A stretch of 64,000 bases of DNA from Nannocystis bainbridge (lineage in GTDB: Bacteria > Myxococcota_A > Polyangia > Nannocystales > Nannocystaceae), in the NCBI RefSeq assembly GCF_028368995.1, contig NZ_JAQNDL010000001.1:3488001-3552000 (forward strand), read 5' to 3'. The position numbers and the translations under genes were made by a program. Positions 8,579 through 22,740 of this stretch are shown here, one piece after another. Below the pieces are notes generated by a model. That model saw only the letters and a list, made by a program, of their open reading frames with translations, did not search any database and was not told the DNA's origin. The number at the start of each line of letters is the position of its first letter. The stretch's first letter is position 1.

Positions 8579-9763
8579 ATGCTCCGCGCCGCCCTCGTCC
8601 TCGCCGTCGCGCTCGCCGGGACCGCCTGCAACGCGCCTGCGCCGGCCCCTGCCGCCAAGCCCGAGGCCGCCCCGAGCGCCCAGCCGACCCCGCAGCCGGC
8701 TCCGCCCGCGCCCGCCCCGGCGCCCGTCAGGGCCCGCGACCCCCTGTGCGAGGCCGGCGCGGCCCCCCTGGCGGCCCTGCGCGCGCACACCGGCGCGGCG
8801 TCGATCGCCTACGCCGGCACGCCGCTGCAGCAGTGGGTGGCGGCCAGCGACGCCGCCACGGGCCGTCACGACGACGCCGCGATCGCCGCGGTGCTGGTCG
8901 ACACCACCCCCGCCGGCTTCGCCTTCGTGCGCGCGCGCGTCGAGGGCTCGATCGCCCAGTGGATGCGCGACCGCCTCAAGCACGCCGCCGACGACAAGGA
9001 CGGCCGCGACGCCGCGTGGGCGGCCGCTCGCTGCGCCTGGGACGTGGCCCTGAAGCCGCTCGCGGCCGAGGTCGCCGGCGCCGAGCCGGGCCTCGCCGAG
9101 GACATCGACGCCGCCTTCGCCGCGGGCGAGGCGGCGCTCGCCGGCGGTGATACGACCGCGATCGACAAGGCGCTGCTGCCGGGCCACGAGGTGATCGAGA
9201 AGACCTGGTTCCGCCTGGCGCACCACCGCTTGATGCAGGCGCTGGCCGACGCGAAGGAGCACGGCGACCCGGTCCCGCTGGCCCGCGCGCGGGCCGTGTT
9301 CGAGGACCTGCGCGACCGCCTGAAGGACCGCAACAGCCCCGGCATCGCCGTCGTCGAGCTGGCCCTCGCGGCCCCGCCGAACAAGGTCGACGCCGCCAAG
9401 GTCGAGCGGGAGATCGCCGTGGCGGTGGCCAAGCGGGCCCGCAAGTACTGCGACGAGGCCCTCACCCCGGCCGCCAAGGGCCCGCTCGGCAGCGCGGCGG
9501 CGATGGCCACCACCGCCGAGGGCACGGCCTATACGCGAATTGTCCTTTCGGACATGTCCGAAAGGCTCAAGGACCAGGGCTTCGACGCGGCGGCGCACCT
9601 TCAGGCCTGGCAGGGCTACGCCGAGGCGGTCGCGGAGGCCGACGCCGACGAGGCGAAGCGGCTGAGCGGCGAGCTCGTGCAGTGGAACTGCGCCTACCAG
9701 CGCGCCCTGGCGATCCGCGAGTGCACGTCGTCGGCCGACGAGGTGTCGACGACGACACCTTGA
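8579..9763 (+). CDS. Hypothetical alpha-helical lipoprotein
   Basis: Lipobox-like LAGTAC, Pro/Ala tether, strong GC3 bias. Confidence 0.75.
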   Translation: MLRAALVLAVALAGTACNAPAPAPAAKPEAAPSAQPTPQPAPPAPAPAPVRARDPLCEAGAAPLAALRAHTGAASIAYAGTPLQQWVAASDAATGRHDDAAIAAVLVDTTPAGFAFVRARVEGSIAQWMRDRLKHAADDKDGRDAAWAAARCAWDVALKPLAAEVAGAEPGLAEDIDAAFAAGEAALAGGDTTAIDKALLPGHEVIEKTWFRLAHHRLMQALADAKEHGDPVPLARARAVFEDLRDRLKDRNSPGIAVVELALAAPPNKVDAAKVEREIAVAVAKRARKYCDEALTPAAKGPLGSAAAMATTAEGTAYTRIVLSDMSERLKDQGFDAAAHLQAWQGYAEAVAEADADEAKRLSGELVQWNCAYQRALAIRECTSSADEVSTTTP

Positions 9764-10219
9764 AGTCTCCCGCATCACGCGCATCGAGCTCGACCGCGGG
9801 GCCGTGATTCTCGCGGTCGTCACGCGCAGGCTCGAAGGCCTGGGCGCGGGCCGTGATCGAGGTGTGTCGCGCGTGGCCTCGTCGGGATGAAACCTCGGTC
9901 ACCCGAGTCGCAAATTTCGCAGCGCGCATGAACTCGGATTCATGCGCCGGCGCCCGCGACCACCCGCGCTGCGGGCCTCGAAGTCAAGTTCGAAGAGGTA
10001 TCGAAGCCGTCATGCGCCGATGCCTCATGCCCTCGCGGTGCGCCGCATCATGGACAGCCCGACGAGGTCACGTCGTCGCACGAAGTCGAGTGTGTCCCCG
10101 TCGACACCCACCCGCGCTCGATCGATGAATCGGGCCTGGAAGCGCCCGTTTACGCCATCTTTAGCCACATTGATGTCGCCTTGATTTGACGATCCGGAGC
10201 CCTCGCCAATGGTTTCGGC

Positions 10220-10399
10220 ATGCGCCACACAGGACTCGCCGCCCGCATGATTTTCGCCGAACGCTTCACGGCCGCCGTCATCGATCGGCCGTTCTACGCC
10301 GGACTCAAGATGGTCGCCGCACGCCCGCGCGTGAACGAGCCGATCGTCGTCGCTCCCGCCGAGCCCGCAGTGGCTGCGCCGATGCCGCGCGCGGCCTAG
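10220..10399 (+). CDS. Candidate 59-aa small protein (below ORF-track cutoff)
   Basis: ATG 10220 to TAG 10399: MRHTGLAARMIFAERFTAAVIDRPFYAGLKMVAARPRVNEPIVVAPAEPAVAAPMPRAA; mostly G/C third positions. Confidence 0.4.
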   Translation: MRHTGLAARMIFAERFTAAVIDRPFYAGLKMVAARPRVNEPIVVAPAEPAVAAPMPRAA

Positions 10400-10489
10400 C
10401 CGGTCGGACCCCTCGGTCCGGCGCGCTGGTCGGCGCGCCGCGCGTCGCACCGTCTCTCCAACCTTCGGCTGCTTTTCACCTTCCTCAAA

Positions 10490-10527
10490 GGACATGACCC
10501 TTCGAGCATGTGCTCAGGGCCATGTCC
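10490..10527. repeat. 14-bp-period array, 3' of the usp gene
   Basis: CATG cores at 10493, 10507, 10521. Confidence 0.85.
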
Positions 10528-10548
10528 TTTCGTCGTACCCGCCGGCGC

Positions 10549-11094
10549 TCACTCGTGCAGCGCGGGGATCACGAGGACCGGGCAGATCGCCTCGCGGATG
10601 ACGCGGTCGGCGGTGCTGCCGACGAAGAACCGGGCCACCCGCGAGCGCCCGCTGGCCGCCAGCACGATCAGGTCGGCGGCCTTCTTCTCCGACTCCTCGA
10701 TGATGACGCTGACGGCCACCCCCGGGCGCGCCTCGATCTCGACCTGCACCCCGCCGCAGTGGCGCTGGACGATCACCTCGAGCGCGGCCCTCGAAGTCTT
10801 CTGCGCCGCCTCGTGGACGTCGGTCAGCACCTGCGACGACAGCCCGACGCTGAGGTTGCCGGCGTACATCGTGCTGTAGTTGAGCGCCGGCGTGACGTGG
10901 AGCAGGACCACGGTGCCGAGGCTGGCGCGCGCGAGGTCGGCCGCGAGGATCACGCTGCGCACGGAGCTGGGCGAGAACTCGATATACTGGCCGTCGACCT
11001 CGACGGCCTGTCCGGCGGCGATGTGCTCGTCGCTCGCCGGTGAGAAGTCGACCGGCACCAGGATCTTGGTGAAGGGGGCGCGCGCGAGGGTCAT
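10549..11094 (-). CDS. Universal stress protein
   Basis: KILVPVDFS...ADLIVLAASGRSRVARFFVGSTADRVIREAICPVLVI. Confidence 0.92.
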   Translation of the reverse strand: MTLARAPFTKILVPVDFSPASDEHIAAGQAVEVDGQYIEFSPSSVRSVILAADLARASLGTVVLLHVTPALNYSTMYAGNLSVGLSSQVLTDVHEAAQKTSRAALEVIVQRHCGGVQVEIEARPGVAVSVIIEESEKKAADLIVLAASGRSRVARFFVGSTADRVIREAICPVLVIPALHE

Positions 11095-11137
11095 GCCGCT
11101 ATTGTAGTACACCCACGATCGGGTGGAAGGTGGACGC

Positions 11138-12442
11138 ATGTCACGCCCCGTGCCCGGGCCGCGCCTCGCCCCGCTCGCCAACTATCGCTTCGCCGTCGAC
11201 CCCTACGGCTTCTTCGCGGCCTGCAAGCGGCGCTACGGCGATCCGTTCGCGTTCCACCTCGCGGGCAAGCGGCTGGTCGTCACCGGTCAGCCCGAGCTCG
11301 CCCGGGTGATCTTCACGCTGGACCCGGACGCCACCCGCTCGTTCGGCACCGACCACCTCGACGCGCTGCTCGGCGACAGCTCGCTGATCGTCGTCAGCGG
11401 CGAGCGTCACCGCCGCGACCGCAAGCTGCTGACCCCGCCGTTCCACGGCGCCCGCATGCGCTCGTACGGCGCGATCATCCGCGAGGCCACGCGCCGCCAC
11501 GCTGCCGAATGGAAGGTCGGCCAACCATTCGTCATGCAGCACACGACCCAGGCGATCTCGCTCGAGGTGATCGTGCGCGCGGTGTTCGGGGTGACGGACC
11601 CGGCCCAGATCGCCCACGTCGGCGAGTCGCTGGTGGCGGTGATCGAGGCGCTGCACCCGACGCTGCTGTTCTCGCGCCACATCCAGCGCGACCTCGGGCC
11701 GCTGACCCCGTGGCGCCGCTTCGCCGCCGCCCAGGCCCGCGCCCACGCGCTCACGCGCTCGCAGATCGCCGCGCGGCGGGCTCAGCCGGCGGACGACATC
11801 CTGAGCCTCATGCTCGCGGTGCGCGACGAGGACGGCCACCCGCTCGAGGACGACGAGCTGGTCGACGAGCTGCTCACGCTGCTGTTCGCCGGCCACGAGA
11901 CCACCGCGATCGCGCTGGCCTGGGCGTTCGCGTGGTTGCTGCGCGCGCCGGCGGTGTTCGCCCGCCTGCGCGCCGAGTTGGTCGCGCTCGGCCCGGACCC
12001 CGACTGCGAGGCCGTGGCCGCGCTGCCCTACCTAGACGCGGTGTGCCACGAGGTCCTGCGCCTGTGGCCGATCATCCCCATCGTCCCGCGCACCCTGGTG
12101 CGCCCGCTGCAGCTCGGCCCATACGAGCTGCAGCCGGGCACCGCCGTCGCCGTCGGCACCGCGCTGCTGCATCAGGACCCGATCCTCTACCCCGACCCGC
12201 ACACGTTCCGGCCCGAGCGGTTCCTCGACCGCAAGCCCTCGCCGTTCGAGTTTACGCCGTTCGGCGGCGGGCATCGGCGCTGCATCGGCGCCGCGTTCGC
12301 GATCTACGAGATGAAGCAAGCGCTCGCGGTGCTGGTGCCGGAGTACGACCTGCGGCTGATCGACCGCACGCCGCCGCGGCCAGTTCGACGCAACCTGTCG
12401 CTCGGCCCGGCCGGCGGCGTGCACGTCGTGCGCGCCTCCTGA
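11138..12442 (+). CDS. Cytochrome P450
   Basis: AGHETT, EVLR, FRPERF and FGGGHRRCIG heme motif. Confidence 0.97.
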   Translation: MSRPVPGPRLAPLANYRFAVDPYGFFAACKRRYGDPFAFHLAGKRLVVTGQPELARVIFTLDPDATRSFGTDHLDALLGDSSLIVVSGERHRRDRKLLTPPFHGARMRSYGAIIREATRRHAAEWKVGQPFVMQHTTQAISLEVIVRAVFGVTDPAQIAHVGESLVAVIEALHPTLLFSRHIQRDLGPLTPWRRFAAAQARAHALTRSQIAARRAQPADDILSLMLAVRDEDGHPLEDDELVDELLTLLFAGHETTAIALAWAFAWLLRAPAVFARLRAELVALGPDPDCEAVAALPYLDAVCHEVLRLWPIIPIVPRTLVRPLQLGPYELQPGTAVAVGTALLHQDPILYPDPHTFRPERFLDRKPSPFEFTPFGGGHRRCIGAAFAIYEMKQALAVLVPEYDLRLIDRTPPRPVRRNLSLGPAGGVHVVRAS

Positions 12443-12547
12443 GCACTACCCCGGAGCCGTGGCCCGGCGTATCTTGATCGGCGGTGGCCGAGCATCCCTC
12501 ACGCATCACCGCCGGCGCCTCCCGCATGCGTCCAGGAGCCCAAGTGT

Positions 12548-13168
12548 ATGGAGTCGCGTAACAACATCCCCGGCCTCGCGCTCCTGGCCCTGAGCTTCAC
12601 CGGTTGTGCCGGCGGCGATCCGGCACCCGACCCCATCATCGGCGACTGGCGGGCGATCCAGGTCGACGGCGCGAAGCAGCCCTCGACCGAGTCGTACGGC
12701 GGGGAGCCGTTCCTGCGCGGCACGCAGCTCCGCATCGGTGACGACCTCGCCGGCGAGCTGGCCCTGTACCGCACGGCCGACTACGACGGCATCGACTACG
12801 ACGGCGAGCGCGTGGCCGACCTGGTCGTCGTCGCCTCGGGAGCGCCGAAGTACCGCATCGAAGTCGGGCACGATTTCTTCGACGGCGACGGCGACGAGAG
12901 TTCCCCGGCCGAACCGATCACCGGCTACGCCGACACCGAGTACGGCGACACCGAGGATCCCGGCGGCGCTGACGACGGCGCCCTCGCCGAAGACGACGAC
13001 CTCGCCGGGGTCCGGCCGCTGAAGCTGCCGGGCGCGCCGGCGCTGGCGCCCGCGGCGACGGTGTTCGCCTGCGACCTCGCGGGCGACACCTTGACCTGCG
13101 ACCGCGAGGGCGCGGACGACAAAAAGCACTGGGTGTTCGCCCGCATCCGCCCGGAAGACGAGGTCTGA
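12548..13168 (+). CDS. Acidic beta-rich lipoprotein, paralog 1
   Basis: Lipobox FTGC; PIIGDW, APKYRIEV and CDLAGDTLTC blocks shared with the next gene. Confidence 0.75.
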   Translation: MESRNNIPGLALLALSFTGCAGGDPAPDPIIGDWRAIQVDGAKQPSTESYGGEPFLRGTQLRIGDDLAGELALYRTADYDGIDYDGERVADLVVVASGAPKYRIEVGHDFFDGDGDESSPAEPITGYADTEYGDTEDPGGADDGALAEDDDLAGVRPLKLPGAPALAPAATVFACDLAGDTLTCDREGADDKKHWVFARIRPEDEV

Positions 13169-13173
13169 GCGTC

Positions 13174-13752
13174 ATGCAGCCGCGCATCCCCCTCCTGGCC
13201 CTCGTCGGCCTCCAGTTCACGCGCTGCACCGGCGGCGACGAAGCGCAGGTGAACCCGATCGTCGGCGACTGGGGCGCTGTCCAGCGCGACGGCGACAAGC
13301 TGCCCGACGTCTACGTCCACGGCCCCTCCACCGACGTGAGCGGCCTGCGGCTCGAGATCGACGACGAGCTCGGCGGCAGCTTCGAGTACTACAGCGAGCT
13401 CACGTACGAGACCTACGAGTACCGCCACAGCTTCGGCTCGGAGCTGCTCGTCGACGACAGCGCCGCGCCGAAGTACCGCATCGAGGTGCAGAAGGACATC
13501 TTCGGCGGCGACGAGGCCTACACCGACAGCGTCGGCACCGCCGTCACCTCCGACGGCTACGAAGACTACGGCGACGGCGGCGACGGCCTTGCGCCGGGAC
13601 TCGCGGCCCCGAGCCGGCCGATCGTCGCGCCCGCGGAGCTGGTCTTCACCTGTACTTTGGACCAGGACACCCTCACGTGCACGGGCGAGGGTTCGGCCCC
13701 GGAGTCGATCATCTTCAAGCGCAAGCGGCCGCCGGCGGCGGGCGAGGGCTGA
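13174..13752 (+). CDS. Acidic beta-rich lipoprotein, paralog 2
   Basis: Signal ending FTRC; PIVGDW, APKYRIEV and CTLDQDTLTC. Confidence 0.75.
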   Translation: MQPRIPLLALVGLQFTRCTGGDEAQVNPIVGDWGAVQRDGDKLPDVYVHGPSTDVSGLRLEIDDELGGSFEYYSELTYETYEYRHSFGSELLVDDSAAPKYRIEVQKDIFGGDEAYTDSVGTAVTSDGYEDYGDGGDGLAPGLAAPSRPIVAPAELVFTCTLDQDTLTCTGEGSAPESIIFKRKRPPAAGEG

Positions 13753-13793
13753 CGCTGGCCCGCTCGCGCGCGCGATGCTAACTCGCGCGCACG

Positions 13794-14690
13794 ATGCCCA
13801 AGCTGTCCCACGAGGCGCTCGTCCAGCTGGTCCGTCACGCTCCGGCGCTGATCCCCGACCTGCTGTGGCCCGGCGAGGCCAGGACCGGACCGATCCGGAT
13901 CACCGCCGGCGAGTTCGTCGACCTCAACTTCGCCGAGCACCGGGCCGACGTGGTGCTCGGCCTCGGCGGCGCGGCCGACCGTCCCGCCGAGGCGCTGGTG
14001 GTCGAGGTCCAGGTCGAACGCGACCCTCGCAAGCGCTGGACCTGGCCGGTGTACGTCGCCGGCCTGCGCGCGCGCCTCGGCTGTCCGGTCACCCTCGTGG
14101 TCGTGTCGCTCGACCCCGAGGTGGCCCGCTGGTGCGCCGAGCCGATCGACCTCGGCCGCCGCCGCACCACCGTCCACCCGTGGGTGCTCGGGCCCGAGGC
14201 CGTGCCCGTGATCACCGACCTCGAGCGGGCCCGCGAGCTGCCCGAGCTGGCGGTGCTGTCGGTCGCGGCCCACGCCGCCGAACCCGGCGCCGAGCAGATC
14301 GCCCTCGTCGCCCTCGAGGCCACCCGCGAGCTCGACGACCAGCGGGGGATCCTCTATCCTGACTTCGTCGTCGCCCTCCTGGGCCGCGTGGCCCGCACCG
14401 CGCTGGAGAAGCTCCTCATGGCCAACGGACGCTGGGAACCGCTGAGTGACATGTTCCGCAAACCTTGGCTCGAAGGCATCGCCGAGGGCGAAGCCAAGGG
14501 GTTCGCGCTCGGCAGGGCCGACATGCTGCTCAAGCTGCTCCAGCTCAAAGGCTTCGCGGTGACCGAGGCCCAGCGCGGCCGCGTGCTCGACTGCCGCGAC
14601 GAGGCCCAGCTCGACGCCTGGGCCGGCCGCGTGCTGACGGCCACCCGCCTCGACGAAGTGTTCGACGAGCCGGGCCCGGGCCCGACCTGA
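13794..14690 (+). CDS. Rpn-like PD-(D/E)XK nuclease/putative transposase family protein
   Basis: ADVVL...VVEVQ...KRWTWPVY core; C-terminal EGIAEGEAKG...LDAWAGRVLTATRLDEVF tail typical of Rpn/DUF4351-like proteins. Confidence 0.7.
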   Translation: MPKLSHEALVQLVRHAPALIPDLLWPGEARTGPIRITAGEFVDLNFAEHRADVVLGLGGAADRPAEALVVEVQVERDPRKRWTWPVYVAGLRARLGCPVTLVVVSLDPEVARWCAEPIDLGRRRTTVHPWVLGPEAVPVITDLERARELPELAVLSVAAHAAEPGAEQIALVALEATRELDDQRGILYPDFVVALLGRVARTALEKLLMANGRWEPLSDMFRKPWLEGIAEGEAKGFALGRADMLLKLLQLKGFAVTEAQRGRVLDCRDEAQLDAWAGRVLTATRLDEVFDEPGPGPT

Positions 14691-14723
14691 GCCGCCCCGT
14701 GTCCGTGGTTCGAGGGGCCACCG

Positions 14724-14775
14724 AAACCTGGCCTCAAGGGCATGTCCCAAAGAACATGTCCATGAAGACATCTCA
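14724..14775. repeat. 14-bp-period array, 3' of the Rpn-like gene
   Basis: Cores at 14727, 14741, 14755, 14769. Confidence 0.85.
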
Positions 14776-14954
14776 CTCGCCCCGTGCGGCGTGACGCGCG
14801 CGGCGTGAATCACCCTTCAGCCCCGGCGCGCCCGAGGAGAGGATCCGCCTGCATCGCCCGGCGGTCGTGCTCTTGGGCACACGCGCGGGCGGCCCTCATC
14901 GGGCCGCGCTCGTTGCTCGCGACCGGGGGTCCGGGCTAGCGTCTCGCCGCTCCG

Positions 14955-16130
14955 ATGACGGACGGCGACTCACTCGGCGTGCACGACCTCCCCGAAGCCA
15001 CTGACACCCCCGCGACGGACGGGACCTCGCTCGAGCTGCGAGTCGTCGACGGCATGCCGACCTGGTTCGGCCGCCGGCTCGCGCGCGCGCTGCTGCGGCT
15101 GGTCAGCATGGAGGAGAACAAGCCCGCGCAGCTGACCCAGGTCGTCACGCCGACGGCCGGCTATTTCCGCCGCGACCGCCACGTCCACCCCGCCGTCGAC
15201 CCCGGCACCTACCGCCTGCAGATCACCGGCGTCGCCACCCCGCGCGTCCTGACCCTGCCCGAGCTGCTGGCCCTGCCCCGCGAGACCCGCGTGTGCGTGC
15301 AGGAGTGCGCCGGCAATGGCAACCACCTCCAGGGCTCGGCCGGGCTGTGCGGCCAGGCCGTTTGGGAGGGCCCGAGCTTCGCCAGCCTGCTCGAGCTGTG
15401 CGGCGGCCCGGGCCTCGCCACGCACTTCGCCTGTCACGGCCTCGACGACCTCGGCTTCCTCAAGCGCGGCTACCACTACGGACTGTCGCTCGACGAGCTC
15501 ACGCGCGCGCGGGCGATCGTGGCCGTGACGATGAACGGCGAGCCGCTGTCGCGCCGCCACGGCTTCCCGTCGCGCCTGATCGTGCCGCGCATCTACTCGA
15601 TGTCGCACGTCAAGTGGCTCGGCCACATCGAGGGCAAGACGCAGCCGCACATGGGCATCCACAACCGCTTCGTCTTCACCAACAAGGAGAAGCGCGGCGA
15701 CAAGTGGGTGCGCGTGCAGGCGCGATGGATCGGCCTCAAGTCGATCGTGTCCGACTGCCGCGCGGCCCAGGGCGGCGGCTGGCTGCTGCGCGGGGCGGCG
15801 TGGGGCGGCGAGCGCCCGGTCGCCGCCGTCGAGGTCAGCACCGACGGCGGCCTCTCGTGGCAGCGCGCCGACCTGCGGCCGATCTCCGAACAGGTCGCCC
15901 GCGACGCCCGCCTGGCCTCCGGCGAGGTCGACGGCGCGTGGTCGGTGTTCTCGTTCCGCTGGCAGCCGCCCGGCCCCGGCACCTACAAGATCGGCTCGCG
16001 GGTGATCGACGCGGACGGCAACGTCCAGGCCCTCGACAACGACCCCAACGTGCACGGCCACTTCAACCAGACCCGCGTCAAGTGGCGCATGGTCACCGTG
16101 CCCGAGAACCGGCTTCCGGCTGGCGCTTGA
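14955..16130 (+). CDS. Sulfite oxidase-family molybdopterin oxidoreductase
   Basis: QECAGN Mo-ligand Cys, MNGEPL..HGFP.RLIVP, VKWL, VEVSTDGG.SW dimerization domain; true start may lie further downstream. Confidence 0.9.
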   Translation: MTDGDSLGVHDLPEATDTPATDGTSLELRVVDGMPTWFGRRLARALLRLVSMEENKPAQLTQVVTPTAGYFRRDRHVHPAVDPGTYRLQITGVATPRVLTLPELLALPRETRVCVQECAGNGNHLQGSAGLCGQAVWEGPSFASLLELCGGPGLATHFACHGLDDLGFLKRGYHYGLSLDELTRARAIVAVTMNGEPLSRRHGFPSRLIVPRIYSMSHVKWLGHIEGKTQPHMGIHNRFVFTNKEKRGDKWVRVQARWIGLKSIVSDCRAAQGGGWLLRGAAWGGERPVAAVEVSTDGGLSWQRADLRPISEQVARDARLASGEVDGAWSVFSFRWQPPGPGTYKIGSRVIDADGNVQALDNDPNVHGHFNQTRVKWRMVTVPENRLPAGA

Positions 16131-16181
16131 GACATGCCCTGAAGGGCATGTCCTGGCGGGCATGCTCATCCGAGCATGTCC
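16130..16181. repeat. 14-bp-period array, 3' of the sulfite oxidase-like gene
   Basis: CATG cores at 16133, 16147, 16161, 16175. Confidence 0.9.
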
Positions 16182-16337
16182 GATCGGGCACCCCGCGCTC
16201 GCGCACCGAGCGCTGAGGCGCCGCGCATGGCCGAGCGGTGACGGCTCGCTCCGGCGCCTCTCCGCTCCGTGGGCACCGCGCGCCGTACGGGCGACGCCTG
16301 CACGAGCCACCTCGTGCCGCCGCTGCCCGTGAAACGC

Positions 16338-16372
16338 AAAAAGCGACGACCTCCGCGCGGGAGGTCGTCGCT
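16338..16372 (-). terminator. Intrinsic terminator after the activase gene
   Basis: 13-bp perfect stem AGCGACGACCTCC/GGAGGTCGTCGCT ending in a T run on the minus strand. Confidence 0.85.
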
Positions 16373-16392
16373 CTGCTCACCTGACCTTCAGG

Positions 16393-20166
<3,774 letters not shown>

Positions 20167-20172
<6 letters not shown>

Positions 20173-20230
20173 GTTCTGAAGTTCCTGTTCCTGAAGACCT
20201 GGCGGGAAGGACCTGTCCTGAAGGACTGGC
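20167..20230. repeat. 14-bp-period array filling the plsR-like/plsA-like spacer
   Basis: Cores at 20170, 20184, 20198, 20212, 20226. Confidence 0.85.
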
Positions 20231-22033
<1,803 letters not shown>

Positions 22034-22445
22034 CTGGGTCCTGCCGGGCGGTCTAAAGTTGGCTGACAGTGTCGTCAGTGACACAGGTGTCAGTCAACCG
22101 AGAAGAGTCCTGCACACTTCCCGAAAAGCGGCAAGAAAGTGGGCCACGGGGCGAATTGACCCACGGGCGGGTCCCGAGCCGGGGCTTGAAAACCCCTGAC
22201 CACCGGGAGAGTTTCGAGCGGTTTCGCGCAGGCGCGAGCGCGGGTCCGAACGGCATTTTGCGCCGCTGGGAGCGGGATTCAGGGTCGGGCAGCACGGCCC
22301 GGCGGCTCGGCTCGCCGTGGAGAGGATCGCGGCCGACCGCTCGCGTGCGCGAGCCGCGAGGCCGCGTGGGCCGATCTCGGTGAGGGCGGTGTCACGAAGG
22401 ATCTCGCCACGTGACGGGCACGACCTCGCGTCGCGCGCGGTGGCT

Positions 22446-22735
22446 CGGCTGCGGCGAGCCGAGGCGCGGACACTGCATGTCTCGGAGGACAGCCGACTGC
22501 TTCGGACGCCTCGACCACGGCGTCGGCTGCGGTGAGCCGAGGTCTCGGTCGCTACATGTCCTGAAGGACAGCCGACCGCTTCGGGGCGCCACGTCTGCGG
22601 CTGCGGTGAGCCAAGGTCCCGGTCGCTACATGTCCTGAAGGACAGCGACTGCTTCGGAGGCCTCGACCGCGGCGTCGGCTGCGGTGAGCCGATCGGTCGC
22701 CACATGTCCCGAAGGACAGCCACTGCTTCGGGCGC
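22446..22735. repeat. Four tandem 74-78-bp composite palindromic units
   Basis: Units start at 22446, 22524, 22598, 22676; consensus CGGCTGCGGTGAGCCG..GGTCGCTACATGTCCTGAAGGACAGCCGACTGCTTCGG. Confidence 0.9.
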
Positions 22736-22740
22736 CGCGA

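Noticed and set aside
9764-10219. Listed short ORFs in this spacer
   Set aside because: Arg/Ser-rich translations with poor codon bias and no motifs.
13794-14690. Insertion sequence
   Set aside because: No terminal inverted repeats or target duplication seen; Rpn-like proteins are not demonstrated transposases.
22446-22735. CRISPR array
   Set aside because: Inter-repeat segments are short and similar to each other, the units are composite and long, and there are no cas genes in the window.
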